Source: Macrostomum hystrix (taxonomy: Eukaryota; Animalia; Platyhelminthes). Taken from it: a stretch of 64,000 bases of DNA. Positions within the stretch are counted from its first letter, which is position 1. The number at the start of each line of letters is the position of its first letter. Both the position numbers and the translations under genes were made by a program. This document shows positions 1-13,099 of this stretch, piece after piece. The stretch covers positions 23,126,001 through 23,190,000 of the forward strand of contig CATNEN010000001.1 of assembly GCA_950097015.1 (NCBI GenBank). Reading direction: 5' to 3'. The notes below the pieces were generated by a model. The model saw nothing but the letters and a program-made list of their open reading frames with translations, searched no databases and was not told the origin of the DNA.

Positions 1-129
1 ATTCACCTGTTCAGCTTTGCGCTCGCCTTTTGATGAAAATTTACTTGCGAATTCAAAGGGGTTTCTGATGGCATGATTTTAAGGAGAAAGATTTAGTGAG
101 AGATGAGAAATGATTTGCGGAAAGAAGGG

Positions 130-2296
130 TTTAGGTGAGAGAAGGGAGAATTTAGGTGACAGAATAGGAGATTTTAGGTGAGTAATGAAGAAACGAGTTT
201 AGGTGAGAAATGTTGAGAGTTTAGATGACAGGATGGGTGAGTTTAGGTGACAGAATGGAAGAATTTAGGTGGCAGAATGGTAAAGTTTAGGTGACAGAAT
301 GGTAAAGTTTAGGTGACAGGATGGGAGAGTTTAGATGACAGGATGGGAAAGTTTAGGAGACAGGATGGGAAAGTTTAGGTGACAGGATGGGAAAGTTTAG
401 GTGACAGGATGGGAAAGTTTAGGTGACAGGATGGGAAAGTTTAGGTGACAGGATGGGAAAGTTTAGGTGACAGGATGGGAAAGTTTAGGTGACAGGATGG
501 GAAAGTTTAGGTGGCAGGATGGGAGAGTTTAGGTGACAGGATGGGAGAGTTTAGGAGACAGGATGGGAGAGTTTAGGAGACAGGATGGGAGAGTTTAGGT
601 GACAGGATGGGAGAGTTTAGGTGACAGAATGGGAGAGTTTAGGTGACAGGATGGGTGAGTTTAGGTGACAGAATGGGAGAGTTTAGGTGACAGGATGGGT
701 GAGTTTAGGTGACAGGATGGGAGAGTTTAGGAGACAGGATGGGAGAGTTTAGGAGACAGGATGGGAGAGTTTAGGTGACAGGATGGGAGAGTTTAGGAGA
801 CAGGATGGGAGAGTTTAGGTGACAGGATGGGAGAGTTTAGGTGACAGGATGGGAGAGTTTAGGAGACAGGATGGGAGAGTTTAGGTGACAGAATAGGAGA
901 GTTTAGGTGACAGGATGGGAGAGTTTAGGAGACAGGATGGGAGAGTTTAGGTGACAGGATGGGAGAGTTTAGGAGACAGGATGGGAGAGTTTAGGAGACA
1001 GGATGGGAGAGTTTAGGTGACAGGATGGGAGAGTTTAGGTGACAGAATGGGAGAGTTTAGGTGACAGGATGGGTGAGTTTAGGTGACAGGATGGGTGAGT
1101 TTAGGTGACAGAATGGGAGAGTTTAGGTGACAGGATGGGTGAGTTTAGGTGACAGGATGGGAGAGTTTAGGAGACAGGATGGGAGAGTTTAGGTGACAGG
1201 ATGGGAGAGTTTAGGTGACAGGATGGGAGAGTTTAGGAGACAGGATGGGAGAGTTTAGGAGACAGGATGGGAGAGTATAGGAGACAGGATGGGAGAGTTT
1301 AGGAGACAGGATGGGAGAGTTTAGGTGACAGGATGGGAGAGTTTAGGAGACAGGATGGGAGAGTTTAGGTGACAGGATGGGAGAGTTTAGGTGACAGAAT
1401 GGGAGAGTTTAGGTGACAGAATGGGTGAGTTTAGGTGACAGGATGGGAGAGTTTAGGTGACAGGATGGGAGAGTTTAGGTGACAGAATGGGAGAGTTTAG
1501 GTGACAGGATGGGTGAGTTTAGGTGACAGAATGGGAGAGTTTAGGTGACAGAATAGGAGAGTTTAGGTGACAGGATGGGAGAGTTTAGGTGACAGAATAG
1601 GAGAGTTTAGGTGACAGGATGGGAGAGTTTAGGTGACAGGATGGGAGAGTTTAGGAGAAAGGATGGGAGAGTTTAGGTGACAGGATGGGAGAGTTTAGGA
1701 GACAGGATGGGAGAGTTTAGGAGACAGGATGGGAGAGTTTAGGAGACAGGATGGGAGAGTTTAGGTGACAGGATGGGAGAGTTTAGGAGACAGGATGGGA
1801 GAGTTTAGGTGACAGGATGGGAGAGTTTAGGTGACAGGATGGGAGAGTTTAGGAGACAGGATGGGAGAGTTTAGGTGACAGAATAGGAGAGTTTAGGTGA
1901 CAGGATGGGAGAGTTTAGGAGACAGGATGGGAGAGTTTAGGTGACAGAATGGGAGAGTTTAGGTGACAGGATGGGAGAGTTTAGGAGACAGGATGGGAGA
2001 GTTTAGGAGACAGGATGGGAGAGTTTAGGTGACAGGATGGGAGAGTTTAGGAGACAGGATGGGAGAGTTTAGGTGACAGGATGGGAGAGTTTAGGTGACA
2101 GGATGGGAGAGTTTAGGTGACAGGATGGGAGAGTTTAGGAGACAGGATGGGAGAGTTTAGGTGACAGAATGGGAGAGTTTAGGAGACAGGATGGGAGAGT
2201 TTAGGTGACAGGATGGGAGAGTTTAGGTGACAGAATGGGAGAGTTTAGGAGACAGGATGGGAGAGTTTAGGTGACAGGATGGGTGAGTTTAGGTGA
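130..2296. repeat. 22-bp tandem satellite/minisatellite, consensus GAGAGTTTAGG(T/A)GACAG(G/A)ATGG
   Basis: About 90 or more near-perfect 22-bp units are read directly. The array degenerates progressively towards position ~130. Confidence 0.97.
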
Positions 2297-2964
2297 AATT
2301 AACAGAATATCCTGTTTGTAAGAGAGAATATTTTAGCAAATCGATGTTTGATGAACAAAGAGATGTGATAAAGGGGCCTATTCAAATCATAAATTAGATT
2401 TAGCCATTGCTGTGCTCAAAGAATTTTCTAAACAAGTTCGTATGCTGAGTGGCTCAGCAATATCGAATAATGAACAGTGAGATGAGGAACATGTGCTGGT
2501 CATAGGCAGGAATTTCTGCTCAAATGCAACTTCGCCGATGTGTTAATGACGAATATGCAAAGCCTATGAGTTCTTTGGCTACCCACAGCATACGGGCTTT
2601 CTGTGGCTTTCTGTCTATTTAGATTTCAATCAACTCCCGGTGAGACCTCGTGGACTCAAGTGGGCCTGGAGACGCCTACCTCATCTCACTTTCCTCTGAG
2701 CTTGGCAGCTAGAATCCTCACTGCATCTGATCCCATCTGTGATCGATTCATGTCTTCTGAGACAGCTAGCTGAGCTGCTGCTGATCAGAAACTCATCCGA
2801 CACAATGATATTCTACCTACGCATTGTTCACTTCTATTGACTCATTGACTTTGTCGAATTTCTAATCTATATCACAATCACGAGATTATAATGACTTGTC
2901 AACTATTAATAAGTGTTCTCAAAACTATTATGAAAGATAAAGCTTGTAGCTTAGTGGTGAGTTC

Positions 2965-3240
2965 TTGCTACGGACTGAACACTGGACCTGCAGCCAGCGA
3001 GGCAGCGTACCCAGGCACACGCTCACACAGGTGTGTACATCTGCCCTGACTTTCTCATCGTCAGGCAGTGTACACTCTCACTGTGCCTTGGAGGTTGGCC
3101 CTCAAGAGTTATACGGCTATTGCCTCGCCGCGGAATCGAGCTCGGGCACTTTGGTGCGATAGGCAAACGCTTTAACCGCCACTCACCCTGCAATTCAGCC
3201 ATTTGCCTAAGAGAATGCATCCCAACCCACAGATGATGTT
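2965..3240 (+). repeat. Dispersed repeat family, copy 1 (partial)
   Basis: The core cacacaggtgtgtacatctg...gactttctcat..tcag.c.gtgtaca.t..cactgtgccttgga.gttggccctcaag is shared with 3780-3990 and, reverse-complemented, with 13190-13400. Confidence 0.75.
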
Positions 3241-3669
3241 TTGAGTTGAGCATGCGTAGGTGCAGCATGTCATGGCATCGGGCCCATAAAAAAACTGAGC
3301 AATATTTTCCTGGTCCGCTGACTTCTGATGGCTTCCCGGCTTTTAAAAGCCTGTCTGTTTGCTCCTGCAGTGGCTGAAAAAGTCCACCAGCTGCTGTTGA
3401 TTCGCATTGAGTAGCCAATTAATAATTCATCGGAAGACTTTGACTGCGCCAAGCAATTTGAGACTCGATGAGAACTGGCGGGAACAATCTGGAATTGTCC
3501 ATCAACTCGTGGGATTTTCCAGCTTTGCTGGCAAACAATGACCCAGCGTTCTCCTGATGAGCGTCTAGGGAAGAAATTTGTTCAGAGACAAAAGAAATTG
3601 GGAGAAGGACAGATAGTTTTACACGATCCAAAATTTTCTATTTCTCTAGTTTCTATAAAAGCGGGAATG

Positions 3670-4030
3670 TTATGCCACTTTCATAATTTTCATATTAATA
3701 ATATATTGGCAGGAGGGCTGTGGGCAATGGCACATCATTTGGTGACACTAGAGGCAATTCTGCCCATTTCGCTGACTCCTGAGCACACACGCGCACAGGT
3801 GTGCACATCTGTCCAGACTTTCTCATGGTCAGACGGTGTACAATTCACTGTGCCTTGGATGTTGGCCCTCAAGGTCGTAAATTGCACATCAAGTCCCCAA
3901 GTCTTCTCTCCGCGGCTGCGCCCCAAATGAATGTGGCCTCGCCGTGGTATCGAGCTCTGGGACCTTGGTGCGAGAGGTGCGATTGCCTTAACCGCTCTAC
4001 CTGCCCCTGCTACCTGACCTCCACAAGATA
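3670..4030 (+). repeat. Dispersed repeat family, copy 2
   Basis: Same core as copy 1. Its 5' part (ggagggctgtgg...catcatttg) also matches the reverse complement of ~13400-13500. Confidence 0.75.
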
Positions 4031-4726
4031 TTAGACGCACTCATCCGCCTGTCGACTCATTTTCCATCGCTGCCTCAATGTCGCTAGCTAGTAGTCACTG
4101 AGTAGTCACTGAGCCCTTGAGATCGACTGTGTGTTAGTAGTTTTTTGAGCAGCAGTGGGTATAATGACTGCTCAAAAATGCCGTGGGGATCTTGACCAAG
4201 CACCCACACCCACTCCCTAGCTCCCTCTCTCTTCCTATCCACCTGGCTTTATTGATTGGGACTGGCTGCTCTGCTGGGCCGAGTGAGGTGTTGCTTGTGC
4301 GCAGGCGTGATTTATGCAAGTTGAGAGGTGCGAAAGTCACTTGAGCACATTGGAGGAGAAGTAATTTCAGTGAGATTGGCATTTGTATCAAATGAATGAC
4401 AGTTTAAGCGTTTCTGTTTGTTTTCCATCACGAAATACTGCGGTTAAGGTCTGCCTTGACTACTCGAAATGTCGTAATTAAATTCCCTTCTAAAAGTATC
4501 TCAGTCAAGATTCAAGAAGTCCAGAACTTTAGAATTTTTAAGATCCTCAACCGATTCGCCTGTTAGGGCGAAGGAATGCACAAACTGTACTACAATCCCA
4601 ATTTAATCTTAAAACGTACTTTCTTTGCCCTACGAGTTGGCCCTGCAAATGTCCAGATATACAAGCTCCCAGAGTTCAAAACTAATCTACCTTTGAATTT
4701 GCACTTTTACAGACCATTTCAACGGG

Positions 4727-6193
4727 ATGCGGCCAGGGCTTCAGCTGCTGACGATTCTGACGGCTCTGGCAGCCACTTGCGGCTGCAACTTGCTGCAGAA
4801 ATTTTTCTACACCAGAACCTTCTACCACCTGGGCAGGCACAACGATGACACCAACTGCGACTTGAACCTGGAGCCCGTGCTCACAGTCGATGGCTCGCTG
4901 AAGCTGACGACGGCTCCCCTGCCGCCGGGGTCGCGAGAGTCCCGCATCTGCAACACCCAGCTGCAGCCGTTCGGCTACCTGGTGCGCAAGCCGCAGGGCA
5001 TTCGCTTCTGGTTCCTGCGCATCCGCGCCACCCGCCTCATTCAGGGCCAAAAACTGGCCATTGTCACTCTGGACAACGAGATTTCGAACTATAAAACCGT
5101 CGAAAACGATCAACGCTTCGACATTGACCACAGGTCGGAATTTCCTGCGATCCACTACCTGAAATATCGCTACGTGAAGCTCTACTGGGAGACAACACCC
5201 GCAGCGGAGGCCAAGAATGTTGTGAACATCACAGTGTCGCTGTATGCCCTGTTCAACGACAGCCTGCCAACGGAGAAGCGTCGATCACTGTGTTCGCGCT
5301 ATGGAAACATCTGGTGCCCGGCTGCCTCGGTCTGCGTCAGTCCCGGCAGTTGTACTCTGCTGAACGACTGCTTCGATCGCTTCACCGACCCAATCAGGTG
5401 CCGCGACACGGCCTGGCTGGGCTCCAGCAACTCCAGCCTGATCGGACCAGGCACTGGAGGGACTTGGCTGTCCAGAAACCTGCCCTGGCTGGCATTCTGC
5501 TCTGTTCCGCTGTTCCTGGTATTCGCGCTGATCAAAATCTGCTCACAGAAGCGCGAGCTGGACATTGATGACGACTATGTGTACAAGCTGAGCAACGGAG
5601 AAGCGGGCGGCGACGGTGCCGGTGGCGATGGCAACGGAGAGGAGGACGAGCTGAACCGTCTGCCGTACGAAGACGAGCCCAGGATGGTCAGTCCAAGTCG
5701 AAGCCGACAAAGTCAGAGTCGACAGCAACAGCATCATCAGCGCCAGACGCAGAGACAGGCTGAACGAAAATCACAGAGGCCAGCATCTCAGAAGTCTCGT
5801 CCGCCACCACCGCCTCCACCGTCTCCACCTTCATTCACTACAGTGTCTTCAAAAGTTGTCGACGAGAAAAGCGTTGACAGAGAGACCGGCGAGGAGCGGG
5901 AAAGTCCTGACGGGGCGCCGGCCCCAACTGCCGCGCCAGCCATTGGCGATCAAATCGAGGAGCGTCGATCTTCGTGCTCGTCTTCTCCGCCGCCACCGCG
6001 GCCTCCACCGCGTCAGCGGCAGAAGAAGATGCTGCTGAATAGCGAGGAGCTGTCTATGGAGTTGAAGTCGCCGAGGCAGCGCTCGGCAACAGTTGGCAAG
6101 GCGAAGGCGCCGCAGCCTCCAAGTCAGCCAGCGAGTTTGAATCAGAGAACGCAGACAAATTCCGTCTCGCACCTTACTTTCGTTGCCGCCTGA
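4727..6193 (+). CDS. 488-aa type I membrane protein: signal peptide, ectodomain (possibly CUB-like) with an LDLa-like Cys cluster, one TM helix and a low-complexity Pro/Ser/Gln-rich tail
   Basis: Long GC-rich ORF. It has a hydrophobic N-terminus (MRPGLQLLTILTALAATCG), a Cys cluster (CSRYGNIWCPAASVCVSPGSCTLLNDCFDRFTDPIRC) and a TM segment (LPWLAFCSVPLFLVFALIKIC). A ttttacag acceptor-like site lies just upstream of the ATG. Confidence 0.8.
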   Translation: MRPGLQLLTILTALAATCGCNLLQKFFYTRTFYHLGRHNDDTNCDLNLEPVLTVDGSLKLTTAPLPPGSRESRICNTQLQPFGYLVRKPQGIRFWFLRIRATRLIQGQKLAIVTLDNEISNYKTVENDQRFDIDHRSEFPAIHYLKYRYVKLYWETTPAAEAKNVVNITVSLYALFNDSLPTEKRRSLCSRYGNIWCPAASVCVSPGSCTLLNDCFDRFTDPIRCRDTAWLGSSNSSLIGPGTGGTWLSRNLPWLAFCSVPLFLVFALIKICSQKRELDIDDDYVYKLSNGEAGGDGAGGDGNGEEDELNRLPYEDEPRMVSPSRSRQSQSRQQQHHQRQTQRQAERKSQRPASQKSRPPPPPPPSPPSFTTVSSKVVDEKSVDRETGEERESPDGAPAPTAAPAIGDQIEERRSSCSSSPPPPRPPPRQRQKKMLLNSEELSMELKSPRQRSATVGKAKAPQPPSQPASLNQRTQTNSVSHLTFVAA

Positions 6194-7391
6194 GCCGTTA
6201 ATTAGCGTTGGCTCGCTGAAGCTTCTCCTGTTTTCGACGTGAGGGATACAGAAATGAGGCTTTTGCTGGACTACTACAAAGCATTGTTTCTATGTACTGT
6301 TCTTGTCCTTTTGTTTTATTTTCATGCCTCGTCTAGTTGATAGATTGTCTATTAGGTTCGCATATATTTGATCATTGAATTGGCTCCACAACAGGACAAC
6401 CTTCCTCTAAATTATACTTGACATGTCACGTACAAAATAGAAGCGGATTCCACTTGTTTCCATTATAAACGCATTCTGTGCTTTTAATTTAGTTGTTTTT
6501 TCCATACAAAGCAGGAATAAAATTTTAGGAAATAAGATCGATTCTTGTTTTTCCACCAAAGGCGGTGCAATAAGCAACATCAAAGAAAAATGGCATTGAT
6601 CCAAGACTGTGTAATTATTTAAGGTATCGAGATTCTCTGATTTGGAACCAGTTGAGCTCGCTTTCGGAGTCTTTTTTACGCAGAAAATCGATTGCTCAGT
6701 TTAAATTTTTCTGTGAAACAGCAAGACACTAAGATAATAAATTGCAATTAAAACTCAGCTGGACTACAAACAGGTAAAAAATACGTACATTTAAACAAAA
6801 GAAAAAACGAAAGAAGAATGTCAGACTTAACATTTTCCTTTGCGTATCACGTATCTGTGTTTACTTTACTTGAGTATTCGAAATTTTATTTATAGGTCGG
6901 GGGAACATTTACGAGCTACCTTTCTACTTTAAGTAGTTCGTCTTCAATATTTGAAACAAGAGTGCTAAAGAGTGATTTCCGCGATACCCGTGAGCATATT
7001 TCTAAGAAAATTATAGCCATAGCTTTACGAGTAGGTCAGGATGTCCTATGGATGTCTCGATGAGAGGGTTGGGAAATTTCAAAACAGGGAGAGGCGACAC
7101 AGCTCATAACCGTTTTTTAATATCCGAGATTTTCCGTTGCCTACTTGCAGTACTACATGCTTTCAGTACACAAAAGAAACGCGTCGCATTGCCACTATCT
7201 CGCCAAGTCGTTATTTGATTGGTTGAGCAGTGAGATATGCGGCCATTCAGGATTCATAAAATGGTCAAGGGAGGGTAAAACAAACAGCCTGTTAGCTGAA
7301 AGGTCCAGAGCTCCAAAGCCATACTTTAGTGTTCGAATAATCTGTGGCTTCTCACTACTGGAAAATCGAAACAATATACTGACGAACAACA

Positions 7392-7736
7392 ATGGCTCGT
7401 CATGTATGTCAGCTTCTGTGTCAAACGGCTCTGCTGTTAGTGCTAATCCCTCTGCTGTCACCAGTTTCGGGCGCCTCAGTCAAGAGCATGGGTTCCGTGG
7501 CCGGCGGCCGCGGCGGAGCGGATTCCGGCTCCGGATTTGGCGACGTGCGCCGCGGCGGTGGCATCGGAGGCCAGCAGGTGTGCAGCGAACACTGTAAAGA
7601 GCGGGATTGCTCAGGTGAGCAGCGGATCAAGGAGGACCTCATGTGCGGCTACGACAGGACTTCGAGGCCGGTGCGGAACGACTCCGAGAGGATTCGGGTG
7701 CACATTGCCGTGGCCCTGTTCCATATCCTTGATACG
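7392..7736 (+). CDS. Cys-loop receptor (nAChR alpha-type) exon 1
   Basis: Signal peptide followed by EQRIKEDLMCGYDRTSRPVRNDSERIRVHIAVALFHILDT, then a GT donor at 7737. Confidence 0.88.
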
Positions 7737-8294
7737 GTAAAAATTAGTTTTTAAATTGTCAATACTATGGAAAAATGCTTGAAGAGCATCCTGCGAATAT
7801 AGTTTGATGACGTCCTTCAATAGCAATGTGAGCGTTCTAGAGGCCAAGAAAACAGAATTCTATTAAAAATTCTTGCCACTCAGTCAACAAAATACTTTTT
7901 TCCGCATCGACTTCCCGAAGCCGGATGCCCTTTCAACAGCGAATCTCATAAGCTACCCAAGTTAATCAGTGTTTGAGCTCTGCCAAGCAAATTCGTGACA
8001 GCTAATTTTTAAATCTGATCACGAAGTATCCGATCTAGACTGAAGGCGATGGTCTACAAGGGTTCGCATCGCTTCGAGACGCACAGGAAATGAGGATCGC
8101 ATAATTGAACGGGCAATGCATACTTTGTTTCACGTCTCATCCAATACGGTTTCTTTGTACAGGGATTCAGATAGGTCTTTGTGGTTGCGATCATTCGGTA
8201 GTTGAAAGATTTTTCGGTTTTTAATATTAATTGCCCCCTTACTAAACGAGAGTAAATATTTTTGTGAGTAGAAATATTATTTAAAACATTTCAG

Positions 8295-8339
8295 GACGAA
8301 AAACATCAAACATTTTCTGCGTTGATGTCCGTTCGTCTG
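8295..8339 (+). CDS. nAChR alpha-type exon 2 (45 bp)
   Basis: ttcag|DEKHQTFSALMSVRL|gtgagt. A 45-bp exon of this kind is typical of nAChR genes. Confidence 0.9.
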
Positions 8340-8407
8340 GTGAGTACGAATGCAAAACTAAACAGACATTGCTTTTTACTCAGAACGCGATTTTCTGATT
8401 TTCACAG

Positions 8408-8517
8408 AGATGGGTCGACCAATACTTGATCTGGCAACCGGAGGACTACAATGGCACTAGATCGCTTCACATACCGTCAAGTGTCATTTGGACACCCGAC
8501 ATCATCATATCCAACAG
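8408..8517 (+). CDS. nAChR alpha-type exon 3 (110 bp)
   Basis: ttcacag|RWVDQYLIWQPEDYNGTRSLHIPSSVIWTPDIIISN|gtttg. A 110-bp exon of this kind is typical of nAChR genes. Confidence 0.9.
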
Positions 8518-11460
8518 GTTTGAGATATTCATGTCCGATTTTAATCATGCAAATCGACCAGAAATCACGGGCCCTAGTTTTTTGTTGACTCGAAGCAAAC
8601 ACTCAGGTTGTCTGGCCGGGAGCTAGAATTGAAAAATCCCACCAGACGTGAGCTAACAGATCGCGAATGAAGCCCGGGAGGGAACCTTTGATTAAAACGG
8701 CAGTGAAATGGGGACGAACAAGAGTGAGAATATATTTGAGTCCACTTCAACTGACTCTTGTGTCCAGGCACTCCAGGATGGTCAGCGGTTGCAATGCGAG
8801 TTCTAGGTCGTCTTCCTGTTCTTAATAAAGCACGGGAGCTCGCAAAAAGGATTTATCTAGTGCAGTGCAAAGCCAGTACTTGTCAGCTATTCTGTACCAT
8901 AAAAGCGACGTGGTGACTAGGGTTAACCTTATCTTATTTTTAGGGACAACGGTTTCCAGACTTAGAAGATAGAAAGTGGATGGAAAATCCTATTTAGTTG
9001 GCAAAATGAGCGGATATCAGACTGAATTTTTCTTCCAGTCAAATAAACTAGTCCGTGGCCTCATCCGACGGGAGAAGGAAGAAAAAATCTTTCCCCTTTT
9101 ATACAATTTGTCTCGTTTGATAAGGACCGAGAGAGGCATGAGTTCCGCGATCTTCCGGTCTGCTAAATGCCCGTGCTGCGGATCTAGTACGAAATGTCAA
9201 CCGCAGCAGCGCTTGCCGTTGAGTCTCCTGGAAGCAGCGATAGGGGTCCAGGTGTTCCTAGCAGTTGGATAATTAAAACCGAACGATGCTCACTTGCCCT
9301 ACTTGGCGTACCAGCCAAGTATAAAAATATTCTAACCTTTTTTCTGTAGCTCAATCTGCCTTGGCAGCCCATTCAACCTTGTCACAACACACAATCGATA
9401 AAAAATAATTGTTTCACATCTTGAGTTTTGTGACCTACTTTGGCATCCTAACCCGCTCCTTCCAACCTCAAGTTCTTAACCCTCTCAAAAGGTTTCGAGA
9501 GTTGAAGCAGCAAAGTAAGCTCAATCAGTCCTTTCGCATTTTACTTTCTAGACTTGCTACTCTTTCGGGTCGCTTGGCTTCTGACCAAAGCAGAAGTGGC
9601 TTTACATGGTCCGAATTTGACAAAACGTCCTCTTGTCACTAGGGAAATAAAAGTCTGTGAACTTCTCTTCCGGTATGTTTGGCTAATATCTGCCCTTTTA
9701 TAATAGTCATTAGAAAAAGGAAACTTAAAAATAAAAGTGCATCACTCTTTCCTTTGAGGTAGAAGAGACATTTTTCATGGTGCAGCCTTATGGTTCAGAT
9801 AGAGTATAGCGTTGCCTTCAATATCCTCGGATGACTAACGTACAGCTGAACTTGAGGTGTCTTCAAGCCACAGACATTTACGCTGCGTAGGCTCGTACTG
9901 CAGTTAAGTCCGTGGACTGGTGAGGCCGGTACACAGATGCATATTTCCACACCAGCTGATGCTGGTACAGTTTTACCTACTTCAGAGTGACTCGTCTCTC
10001 TTCCTAAAGGTATCATCTCGCTGAGGATTGTGGGTATAAGATTCTCGATTCGGCATAAAATATCATAGCCTAATTTTACATATTTTTCTTCGTTCGGCGA
10101 CAGAACTTCCGTCTGCGGTGGCGCAAATTAGAAGACGACAAAAGTGCATCGGACAGAAATCGGATTAGCGTAGCTTGATTATGCGTGCTGCGAAATTCCT
10201 TTGCGGCTAGTCGAAAAGAAGGCAAATTTTTTGTCTGAAGAACAATTAGTGATATCAGAAGAAAAAATGAGTCCGAGTTGGAGCCTTGGGCAGCAGTGGA
10301 GTAAAAATTGCTCTTATTTACTCCACCTAGTTCATCCACCACTGCGAGTGTATTTATTTAAAGCGTCAAAGAATAAGAATTCAACAACAACAAAAAACAA
10401 AAAATATTTGAAAGGGACTCTGCAATACCAGTTCCCGGTTGCCTTTGTCGGCAGCCTTTCTATTTTGAGTTTCGATGCCTCGAGGGTAACTGCCAGGTGG
10501 CCCAGCATTGTCAGTTAAACAAAGCCTCGAGAATATTTATAAGGTATCATCTTTCGTGAGCTAGGGCTTGGCTTTAAGAATAGTCCAAATTGCTGCAGGA
10601 AACAATACACACTGGTTGTCTCGCGTTTTGATCGCGGCAATGTCGACTGCTCTGAGATTTATCCTGTCCTTATTTTGTCCTGTGTTTTGCATCTAGGACA
10701 AAGGCTTTTGATCGGCTCCGTAATTTGCATGTACGTAATTTACAGCAAAATTTTGTTGGGGGAGCTAAGTGTTGGTCTTATCTTGTTTTGCTACGTGAAT
10801 TATATTTACGAATATGTTGTACAATCATGCTACATTTCGTGTCTGCTCATTGGTATTGAATTTAAATTACTAGTATTTTCCCTTCTCTCGAAAGCCTAGT
10901 TATTGTGTTGAAAAAAATATTCAACGCTAATGCATCTGAGGGGAAACCATTTGGAGCACTTTTGAGCAAAATGAGCCTTTTAACAATTTTCCTTTGGCTA
11001 AGCGTACATAAAAATCAACTATTGAGCGTCTTTAACGCAGGCCAAGCATGAGTAAACTCAACGCTCTAATTCCTTTTAACTTCCGCTCTTAGTCCAAGCA
11101 GAAACTTTGATATCGGATACTTTGATGGATGATCGTCAGACATCTATAAAGTCGACAGTGCACTCTGCGTTTAGAAATACCAAAAACTATTTCTCATGGG
11201 ACAGCAGGCCTAGAGACAGATGATCTTTGATAAGTATCGATACCCGAAAGAACTCTAGCTAAAATACTGTCTATGCACTTTTAAATACCAACTAAGTCTT
11301 TAAGGCTTGGAGAGGGAAGGATGGAAGATGGTCACTCGCCGAATAATTTTGGATGGTTAGCAAGGATGGCCTTCTCTACGATTAGGATGGAAGATTAGGA
11401 CTAACTTTACGAATTGAAGCTTGAATTGCTAACAATGACCCCACCAAACTGGTTCTGCAG

Positions 11461-12002
11461 TGCGGAGGACAGCAGCAGGAAGTTCATGACAACCAACACC
11501 ATCCTGTGGAGCAACGGCTCGGTCCTGTGGATGTTCCCAGTCCTGGTCAAGGTCACCTGCACTCTGAACGTTCGATTCTTTCCTTTCGACGCGCAGAGCT
11601 GCAACGTCACATTCATCAGTTGGACCTATCACCTGTACGAGGTGGACCTATGGCACAATGACTCGGTTGACAGCAACAGTAACTACTTCACTGAGGCCAA
11701 CCAGGAGTGGAACGTGTCTCGCATTGCCTTCTCGCGCTCTGTCGGCTTCTACGCTTGCTGCAAGGAACCGTGGCCCGATGTCACCATCACCATCGACATG
11801 ACCAGGCGTTCTCTGTTCTACATCTTCAACTTGATCTTCCCCTGCCTGCTCATGTACCTGGCTAGCTTCCTGGGATTCTTTCTGCCGATTGAGTCCGGTG
11901 AGAAGGTCAACCTGGAGCTCACTATTCTGCTGGCTCTGGTGGTGTTTCTGCTCATTGTTGGCGACACCCTACCGCCAACACCGGATGCCATTCCTCTGGT
12001 TG
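11461..12002 (+). CDS. nAChR alpha-type exon 4 (Cys loop, loops B and C, M1-M2)
   Basis: Cys loop CTLNVRFFPFDAQSC, SWTY, vicinal cysteines in YACC, M1 LFYIFNLIFPCLL and M2 GEKVNLELTILLALVVFLL. Boundaries are ctgcag| and |gtgagt. Confidence 0.95.
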
Positions 12003-13099
12003 GTGAGTGCCGTTTATTAGAACCATTTATGAGACTTTTTTACCGCGGCTTACCACTGAAGCTTCAACTCTCGATGCATAGGTTTTTCAGAATAGACCCA
12101 TTTTGTTAATGTGTTGATCAATATTTTTTAATAATGTTGCTTAAATATTGAACCGGTAAAGCACTGGAAGGCCATGTGTTCAAACGAAGCATGGCAAGCT
12201 ATGCTAGACGTCAACGATGCACATTTTAGACGCCTACTTGCAAGCAGATTCAATCGGACTACTACTGAACCCTCCTCACTAGTAATCAGGCAGCAATCAT
12301 CGCAAATTCGCATCAGGTCCAGACCCCTCCACTTTTGAGCATGAAAATTTCGATCGCTAGTCAATTTCCTTCGCTGCTCCCAAGTCCGTATGCTAGCTGA
12401 GGCTGAGGAGAGAGCCCTCAGGCTCTCTGTCGCATCACCCGAGGGAAATTTGTCCGGACAAAATTGCACAGCATCGCCCAGGTCCGCCTTGCCGCTTGTC
12501 CACTCGCGCCTCGTCCTTCTCTTCACTTAACTGCATACCAGTGAGCATTCCTTGCTGCGCCTCGTTGCTGTCTGCTTCATTTTGCGGAATTTCTAAGAGA
12601 CGGGAGAACAGTGAGCGCGAGAAGAATGGCTTGAAATATTTTAACAAGCATTTTATCAGTTTTTAAAAAGTGCATTAGAAAAGTTTCTCGAGAGACTGAC
12701 AACACATGCGATTGTTCCTTGAGAAAATTTCCACACTGCATGTTTTGGAAACACACTTTTAGAAGAAATTGCATGTTGCCTCCTAGGCAACATGCCTAGG
12801 AGGCATGCCTATTGACTTACAGTGTGCTCTGCTTAGATTAACGAACTTAATGCAACTAGTGTCTGCTGGTCTTGCGTGAGAACACTTCAGAAAATTGGGG
12901 CTGCACTAACCAGCGCCAACTTTCTGGGTCTCCCGGGTGTGCGTGACAAGGCATGGAGGCCTGAAGTTTTATTGGCGGTTTTTGTATATTAGAACCTGTC
13001 AGTTAACTCAGATTGCAGTAAGTCTGTGACGGATGAAGTTTATTTGAAGCCAAGACACTGCAGCCAGGATAGCTGGACTATAAGACAGACAGTTGCAAT

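Noticed and set aside
130-2296. CRISPR array or true telomere
   Set aside because: There are no unique spacers, and the unit is 22 bp rather than a pure 5-7-bp telomeric repeat. The context is eukaryotic.
9795-10016. LINE endonuclease N-terminus (LRSVNVCGLK)
   Set aside because: A single short motif, with no further APE motifs in frame.
12770-12810. Palindromic gcatgttgcc...ggcaacatgc as a regulatory RNA
   Set aside because: A short intronic fold-back more simply explained as a repair or excision scar. No other support.
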